In this document: positions 57,745 through 64,000 of the stretch, one piece after another
How positions within the stretch are numbered: the stretch's first letter is position 1
Layout: each line of letters starts with the position of its first letter
Origin: a virus
Taxonomy: Duplodnaviria > Caudoviricetes
DNA: 64,000 nucleotides
IMG/VR virus record: IMGVR_UViG_3300028549_000507
Coordinates: 32,001-96,000 of that record
Reading direction: 5' to 3' (one strand)
Position numbers and translations under genes: made by a program
Notes under the pieces: generated by a model
Seen by the model: the letters and a program-made list of their open reading frames with translations, nothing else
What the model was told of the DNA's origin: nothing
The model's database searches: none

Positions 57745-58068
57745 CTTACCTTTCCAACAGTAGCGGCACCTTTTTGTGTATTACTAGCAGACTTAGCAGC
57801 CGCAGAAGTATTCACATTCATGATCGTTGACCGAGCTTCAGCACCATATTTACCTTTGGTAACATCGACGTTTGCAGCTTTAGCCAATTCACTACTATTA
57901 TTAATGCTTACCTTTCGCAACAGTAGCGGCACCTTTTTGTGTATTACTAGCAGACTTAGCAGCCGCAGAAGTATTCACATTCATGATTGTTGACTGAGCT
58001 CCAGCGCCATATTTACCTTTGGTAACATCGACGTTTGCAGCTTTAGCCAATTCACTACTATTATTAAT
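57745..58068. repeat. Tandem direct duplication of about 162 bp (57745-57905 and 57907-58068)
   Basis: Copies differ by 4 substitutions and 1 single-base indel. Confidence 0.95.
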
Positions 58069-61000
58069 ACTATACTGTCTACTTCCATCTTTGAATTGGG
58101 ATAATACTAATATATCTCCCTTTCCACTAGTCGGAACATATACAGTTTGGTACCCGATTAACACACCCTGATGGTTAATAGGAATGTCTCCAACAAGAAT
58201 CGAATGGGTTTTCTTAGTAACCGCATCGGTTATAAATTTATTTACAGCGGCAGTATCTCCACCTCGTTTAACAATATCACCCTTAGCTTTATTTGCACCT
58301 AAGTAACTACTAATAGCTGCAACTATTGCGTTAGGAGTACCTTCTTTAGTTTTAGATTCCGCAGTTTGAACCATACTAAATTCTTTCTTATCACCACTGC
58401 CCCAAGAATACATCGAACTAAAGTCATTCAGATTAGTTTCCCCATCATTCTGACCACCTGTCTTTTCACCAGAATCATCATTAGTCGAATCGACTTTATT
58501 TCCATCCATAGTGAACGTTTTCTCGGTAACTGGATCAAATGTGAACTCAACTTTACCAGAACCTTGCTTATAATCGCTAGATACTGGCGACGAAGTGTCC
58601 GGTGTATCTGATCCACCGCCGCTAAAAAAATCTTTAATTCCAGCACCTATTTTACCAAATAACCCTTCATTCTTCTTAGCAGCCTCAGCTTCTTTCATCT
58701 TTCTGAGCTCAGCAGAATCTTTAGAATCATCACCCTTTTTACGTTTTCCAATTCCACTACCACCATCAAGTAATGATTGTGCAATAAGCTCATTCGTAAT
58801 CTTAGTAAGACTAAAGTTCTCGGCTGTAGTTCCGGCAATACTAAGTAATGCGGATATAACACTTGAGAAGAATGATTCGCTAACACCATTATGCCTTGTT
58901 TGTTCGGCATACATAGCTCTTAACGCATCCAACTCCGTATTTATATTAGCAGTAATTCCAGTCATAGCTTTAACCAATGGTTGTCCAACACTAGATTTTT
59001 CAGTAACAGCTTTAGTCAGTTTTTCCTGATCAACTGGTTCCTTTACCTGTTGTTTGACATCTACAGTTGCCGCTACTGCTGCACTTACAGCAGGAATTTT
59101 ATTATCAAGTTTAAGATCTTTCTTAACAGCTTTTACAGCATCGCCCTCTAGAGGATTATTACTTCCGCCAGGAGCATTTGGACTAAGTTTAGTATCTATA
59201 GCTCCACCAGAAGTAGTGATAGGTTTAGTTACAGCGGCAGAAACACTTCCAGCTACAACGCCCCCAGCTACAACGCCCCCAGCTACAACAGGTGCGGCAG
59301 AAACTACCGGCGATGCAGAAACGACTGGTGCAACCTTTTCAGAACTTGCAACTTCTTTAGCATCAGCAGCAACTTCATCATCGTTAGATTCAGATAGTTT
59401 AACATCCGAATCCTCAGTTGATACTTCACCCTTTTTAGGTGTGACTGGTAAAGATTTTACAAGCTTAGCAGCTTCAGAAAGGAATTTCTCTCTAAATAAT
59501 CTCTGACGTTCTGCGTCTTCCGGTGAAGATGGAACTCCTCCAGTAACGCCGTCTCCGCCAAATTGTTTAGAGAGTTTAGCTCTAAGCTTTTCAACGGCTT
59601 CATATTTAGTAGATTTCCAAGTATTGAACGCATCCATACCCGCAGCATCTTGACCAAATCCAAGCATTGCAGCATCCTTTTTACCGGATCCCATCATACC
59701 TTGCCAAATGTTCTTAGTCTCAAATTCGGAAAGAGGACCGTCAGGAACTCCAAGTATCCCAGCTTTAGCAGATGTAAACTTCTTGAAATCCGCAGCATAC
59801 TCTTTTTCTTCACTACTTCCAAATATAGAATGGAATGTGGTTACTATAAGATCTGTAGGGATTAAACCGAATAATAATGAACTAAGTACATTAGCCAATC
59901 CGGATGTTAATCTCATACTTATAGTAGGTTTAGCACCTTTACCTAATCCAAAGTATCTAGAGGTACTATTCATACCTGTGAGGAAATCGTTTATAGTAAG
60001 AGCAATCCCTATAGGACCAATCAAACTTGCCAATTTCTTAAATATTTTACTACCAATGCCTTTTAACATTGACGGTTTCAATATCTTAGGAATTGCTGCA
60101 GAAACTTTAGCCGCTACACCGGGCTTTATAAATTTAGCCAACTTCTTACTATTAAGAAGTCTATTTATGAAATCGGAAATCATTTTAGGAATCTTTTGAA
60201 TATTTTCAACTATTCCTTTTCCTATTTTTCCACCATGTTTAGAAATCTTTGCTCCAAGTTTAGACCCGATACCTTTTACAGCATTGAATCCGCTTTTAAG
60301 ACCTTTACCTAAAAGTTTAACTGTAGGAACTCGAGCTTTAAGAACTGATGTAGACTGTGTAGATCTCTCGGAAAATCCTAATTCTTTTCCATCAAAACCA
60401 TACTTAGAATCACCTTCTACGCCAGCAGCATTTCCAGCAATATCTCCGACACTGCCATTCTCATATAAACCAGACTCTTTAGCTTGTTGGTGTTTATCAA
60501 ATATACCTTTTTTAGCAACAAGTCCGATAGTAGCCACAGAAGCAGCTCCAGCAGCCAATCCTCCGAGAAGTTTTCCATTTCTCTTCAAGAATCCACCTAT
60601 ACCACCGCCACCTTCTCCATCACCTTCGCCAACTTTTCCATTCTTCATCTCTTTTACGAGTTGTTTCTGGCGTTTCTTTTCAGCTCTTTCATTGAAGTAA
60701 GTTCCAAGTATCTTCTTAATATCTTTAAGAGAACTATTACTTTCCTCAGCCACAGAGTCATCAGAACCTTCATTATTGTCGAATACTTGATCTTGAATAC
60801 TACCTTCTCTAAACCCATTATCAGGATCTATACCAGTTTTAACATCTTCTTCCGAAGAAGTTTTCTTACTACCAAGATAGCCTCTAACCTTATCAGCTAT
60901 ACCGGACTTAACTGATTCAAACTTATTCTTCAATGAGAATTTCTTCTTAGAAGATGGAGCATTACTCTCAGTTTCACCCAACTTAGAGTTTACAGCATTT

Positions 61001-63987
61001 TCGGAAGATTTGGTTTTAAGTTTAGACCACTTTTCTTTTATCTTATCGATGAAGCTAAGTTTCTTATCTACAGCAGATGTATCCTTAGTATCGTTACCAT
61101 TCTTAGCATTTGTTTCAGAATTAGCGATATCATCAAGTTCAATGATTACCTCTTCTTCAGTCACATCTTCTATAACAGCTTCAATTTCTTCATCACTAAT
61201 ATTATCAATTTCAACGTTTCTCTTAGCAAATAATCTTCTTACGAGTTCCGGAATATGGGGTTGAACCTTTTTATTCTTACCACTAAACAGAAGAATTATA
61301 TATTTGATAGGAGATAACAGGAAACCTGCAGCAAATGATGTTGCCAATAATGCTGCACCAGTGGCTCCAATAAGAAGTGTCAATGCTGCTTTAAGTGCGA
61401 ATCCGGTCAGCTTAAGAGCCGCCATTATACCAAATAATAAAGCCTTAAGACCTAATCTTAATATCAATTTTACCGCTTTAAAGAATAGTATACCAGTTCC
61501 CCAGATAGCTTTACCTAGTAATTTGATAGCACCTATACCACCTTTAATCATAAGTACACCGGCATCTTGTCCAGCATTAAAACTACCTTTGAAAGCAGCT
61601 CTAATCATGGCACCGATATCGCCCTTCTTAACGGTCTTCTTTTCTTTTTTGTTCCTACTACGAATAGTACTAACAGGCATAGGTGAAGATGTTTCAGGTT
61701 CTTCTACTTCCTCAATGTTATTTTGTAGTTTAGAATTTGAAGAATGTATTCCTCGTGATTTCTTAGAAGAAGTGTCACTAGAAATCTTTCTTCTTCTAGA
61801 CCCTATACCTACATATTGAGCATCGTCTTCAGACTTAATCTTTTTCTTCCTAAGACCAGATCCGCCACTAGTTGTATGTGTTTCATTTTCTACAATAGGA
61901 TCTGTAGATGCTGATAATTTCGAATTATTTGCAGCAGTTATCTGTACATATTTTCGTTTAGCATCTTCAATTTTCTGTAAAGATTTCTTCTTTACATTGT
62001 CATAAATAGAAAGGAATTTAGTTTTGACACTGCTACCAGACTTAGCAATCTTCTCCTTCAAAGAATCTTTCTCTTCTCCAGTAAGATTTGGATCTTCATC
62101 AATTATCTTGATTTCTTCTTCGATATTCTCAGGAGTTTTTCCGAATTTAGAAACTATACCAGCTATAAGATTACTACCTCTTCCGCCACCTTTTTTAGAC
62201 ATACCCATTCTAATCATAGTAACTTCGTGAAGTATCTCATTCAAAGCATCTTTCTCAGACATTTCCGGTCTACGTTCGACACTATTCATCTCATCCGATA
62301 CACTGTTTCCGATACCAAATATCTTATTTGTAAACTTAGATACGCCACGTTTAATAGTTTCACTAGCAGAGGTTATAGTATCCTTACCAACAGTTGAAGC
62401 AGTTTCTAATAAGTTACCACCAGTTGTCAGTACATTCTTACCAAATTTACCAGCACCGTCAATAGCAGATTCTAAGAATTTACTACCACCACGACCGATA
62501 TTAGCCAATGAATCCATCGCACCTTTACCTAAATTAGCAGTACCATCTTTAACTGAGTCACTCGTTAGGAAATCTGATACAGATTTTAGGAGGTTTCGTG
62601 CTCCTTTAAATCCACTCTTAACACCACCTTTAACAGTGTTAAATACTTTTCCACCCATTTCAATACTTTTATTGATAACGGAACGACTAACGCCAAAGAC
62701 TTTACCGATCCCATATTTAGCTTTTTCAGCAAAATATCTTGCACCAGATCTACTATAGTTTATAACTTTCTTAAATATACCTTTACCTTTATCAGTAGTA
62801 TCACGAAGATTCTTCTTCATTTCCTCAACTGCTTCAGGTGATAGTCCTGGTAAATCTCCAGAGAATATTTTAGCAACAAGTATCTCAAAGCTTCCAAACA
62901 TTTTTCCAAATGTTTCTTTCAATGAGAACATATTTTCATTCATATTACCGAAAGTTTTAAAGCCATGCTCTCTAAACTCATCAAAGAATTTAGCATTTGT
63001 AGCATGAGATCTATCTATAGCATCTACTATGGATTTATTATCAACGATAACTTCACCACGTTTTGGAGCATCTGGTAGAGGTTTTGTACTCATATTTGTA
63101 TAAAGTAAATTGTATATATCACTATTTACTTTAAATATATTACTCAACCCACTAACAACTTCACTATTATCGATCTTGTAATTATTTACAGTATTACGTT
63201 TACCCTTCTTCGAACCAGTCATATTCTTAGAAGATTTATCTCCATCTAAGAAACTTTTATCAAAGTCAGAAATAGTTCGCTCTTTAACAGTCTCAATCTC
63301 ACCCATTACTAACTCGCTAGCGAGTTTACCTAAGTCTACATCAGCTTTAATACCTCTACCATATATATCATCTTTGAGCTCAAGTATAGCATCATTGAGT
63401 TTCCGTTTAGCCGCTGTAAATAAACCAGTTTTATCATGAGCTATATAATATTTTAATAGAAGTTTATCTTTTTCAGTGGCAGGTTTACCATCTTTATCAT
63501 ATGTAATCAAGTCTTCAAGACTAAGACTATCATCAGATGCCAAGATATTTATAGCATCATTAACAGTTTCTAATCTACCAGTTTCCAAGTATTGTGATAA
63601 TTGAGATTCCTGTCTATCGCTTTCTCCCCCCATCAATTCTGTAAATGATTTGAGGAAAGTATCAAGATTTGCTTCAACATCTTCAAATTGTTCTTCAGCT
63701 ACACCTTTTCCATCTGCAGATTTGGCATTCTCTCCAAATTGAAATTTATATATGGCATTACTAGCACTATCGAGGAAGCTTTCAAGTTTATCACTAATAG
63801 CCGATTTTACTTTATTATCACCGGAAAACTTAGATGAAAGTATTTCATATGATCTTTTACGACGTCTATCAGCTAAAGCTTGTTCACGCTTATCAGCATT
63901 AAGTGCCGCAATTTCAGCATTTTCATTTTCTTCTTTAAGTTCTCTCTCACGAATAACTGAAGTCTTATTTTTATAATAATTCTCCAT
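57901..63987 (-). CDS. Tape-measure-like tail protein
   Basis: 2028 aa, G/A/K/S-rich helical composition, central hydrophobic block, upstream of the baseplate-like gene. Confidence 0.7.
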   Translation of the reverse strand: MENYYKNKTSVIRERELKEENENAEIAALNADKREQALADRRRKRSYEILSSKFSGDNKVKSAISDKLESFLDSASNAIYKFQFGENAKSADGKGVAEEQFEDVEANLDTFLKSFTELMGGESDRQESQLSQYLETGRLETVNDAINILASDDSLSLEDLITYDKDGKPATEKDKLLLKYYIAHDKTGLFTAAKRKLNDAILELKDDIYGRGIKADVDLGKLASELVMGEIETVKERTISDFDKSFLDGDKSSKNMTGSKKGKRNTVNNYKIDNSEVVSGLSNIFKVNSDIYNLLYTNMSTKPLPDAPKRGEVIVDNKSIVDAIDRSHATNAKFFDEFREHGFKTFGNMNENMFSLKETFGKMFGSFEILVAKIFSGDLPGLSPEAVEEMKKNLRDTTDKGKGIFKKVINYSRSGARYFAEKAKYGIGKVFGVSRSVINKSIEMGGKVFNTVKGGVKSGFKGARNLLKSVSDFLTSDSVKDGTANLGKGAMDSLANIGRGGSKFLESAIDGAGKFGKNVLTTGGNLLETASTVGKDTITSASETIKRGVSKFTNKIFGIGNSVSDEMNSVERRPEMSEKDALNEILHEVTMIRMGMSKKGGGRGSNLIAGIVSKFGKTPENIEEEIKIIDEDPNLTGEEKDSLKEKIAKSGSSVKTKFLSIYDNVKKKSLQKIEDAKRKYVQITAANNSKLSASTDPIVENETHTTSGGSGLRKKKIKSEDDAQYVGIGSRRRKISSDTSSKKSRGIHSSNSKLQNNIEEVEEPETSSPMPVSTIRSRNKKEKKTVKKGDIGAMIRAAFKGSFNAGQDAGVLMIKGGIGAIKLLGKAIWGTGILFFKAVKLILRLGLKALLFGIMAALKLTGFALKAALTLLIGATGAALLATSFAAGFLLSPIKYIILLFSGKNKKVQPHIPELVRRLFAKRNVEIDNISDEEIEAVIEDVTEEEVIIELDDIANSETNAKNGNDTKDTSAVDKKLSFIDKIKEKWSKLKTKSSENAVNSKLGETESNAPSSKKKFSLKNKFESVKSGIADKVRGYLGSKKTSSEEDVKTGIDPDNGFREGSIQDQVFDNNEGSDDSVAEESNSSLKDIKKILGTYFNERAEKKRQKQLVKEMKNGKVGEGDGEGGGGIGGFLKRNGKLLGGLAAGAASVATIGLVAKKGIFDKHQQAKESGLYENGSVGDIAGNAAGVEGDSKYGFDGKELGFSERSTQSTSVLKARVPTVKLLGKGLKSGFNAVKGIGSKLGAKISKHGGKIGKGIVENIQKIPKMISDFINRLLNSKKLAKFIKPGVAAKVSAAIPKILKPSMLKGIGSKIFKKLASLIGPIGIALTINDFLTGMNSTSRYFGLGKGAKPTISMRLTSGLANVLSSLLFGLIPTDLIVTTFHSIFGSSEEKEYAADFKKFTSAKAGILGVPDGPLSEFETKNIWQGMMGSGKKDAAMLGFGQDAAGMDAFNTWKSTKYEAVEKLRAKLSKQFGGDGVTGGVPSSPEDAERQRLFREKFLSEAAKLVKSLPVTPKKGEVSTEDSDVKLSESNDDEVAADAKEVASSEKVAPVVSASPVVSAAPVVAGGVVAGGVVAGSVSAAVTKPITTSGGAIDTKLSPNAPGGSNNPLEGDAVKAVKKDLKLDNKIPAVSAAVAATVDVKQQVKEPVDQEKLTKAVTEKSSVGQPLVKAMTGITANINTELDALRAMYAEQTRHNGVSESFFSSVISALLSIAGTTAENFSLTKITNELIAQSLLDGGSGIGKRKKGDDSKDSAELRKMKEAEAAKKNEGLFGKIGAGIKDFFSGGGSDTPDTSSPVSSDYKQGSGKVEFTFDPVTEKTFTMDGNKVDSTNDDSGEKTGGQNDGETNLNDFSSMYSWGSGDKKEFSMVQTAESKTKEGTPNAIVAAISSYLGANKAKGDIVKRGGDTAAVNKFITDAVTKKTHSILVGDIPINHQGVLIGYQTVYVPTSGKGDILVLSQFKDGSRQYSINNSSELAKAANVDVTKGKYGAGAQSTIMNVNTSAAAKSASNTQKGAATVAKGKH

Positions 63988-64000
63988 TGTATCTGTGAGA

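Noticed and set aside
57684-57932. 82-aa ORF from the track as an independent gene
   Set aside because: It is the out-of-frame duplicate of the tape-measure 3' end, has no SD, and runs through a terminator hairpin.
57745-58068. Diversity-generating retroelement (VR at a gene 3' end, TR downstream)
   Set aside because: On the coding strand only 1 of 4 differences is at an adenine of the putative TR; there is an indel; no reverse transcriptase is in the window.
911-62230. Numerous 60-170 aa ORFs antisense to or nested in long genes
   Set aside because: Shadow frames of the real coding strand, with no SD, promoter or motifs.
1-64000. CRISPR array
   Set aside because: No regularly spaced repeat-spacer pattern seen; the recurring short elements are promoters and terminators.
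1-64000. Stop-codon reassignment
   Set aside because: Long conserved genes are intact in code 11, and TAA, TAG and TGA all end genes at sensible boundaries.

Overview
AT-rich segment of a lytic jumbo phage of the phiKZ/AR9(PBS1)-like group, standard genetic code. Virion genes: a baseplate-wedge-like gene running off the left edge, a tail-tube-like gene, a head-protein cluster containing two clear paralogues, a 2028-aa tape-measure-like gene and a baseplate/tube-cap-like gene. Transcription genes: a beta' C-terminal RNAP subunit beside an SF2 helicase, a beta C-terminal fragment, and an AR9 gp226-like promoter-specificity subunit. DNA/nucleotide metabolism: GyrB-like topoisomerase, NrdAB, intein-containing NrdD, NrdG, dUTPase and ThyX. 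Also a GH19 endolysin and runs of small accessory genes. Two promoter classes are readable in the DNA: an early-type TATATTTAATAGTG motif and AACA-N6-TR, which matches the AR9 late consensus. Best leads: (1) a circularly permuted tRNA-like RNA with its own promoter and U-tract at 38806-38899 (-); (2) AR9-type late promoters and a gp226-like subunit in a phage that appears to use thymine DNA; (3) self-contained promoter-leader-miniORF-terminator cassettes between core genes, some with homologous two-hairpin leaders and encoding 17-29 aa peptides missed by the ORF track; (4) a SET-domain gene frameshifted at an A8 tract; (5) a tandem duplication of the 3' end of the tape-measure gene. All family assignments are by eye from motifs, not database searches.
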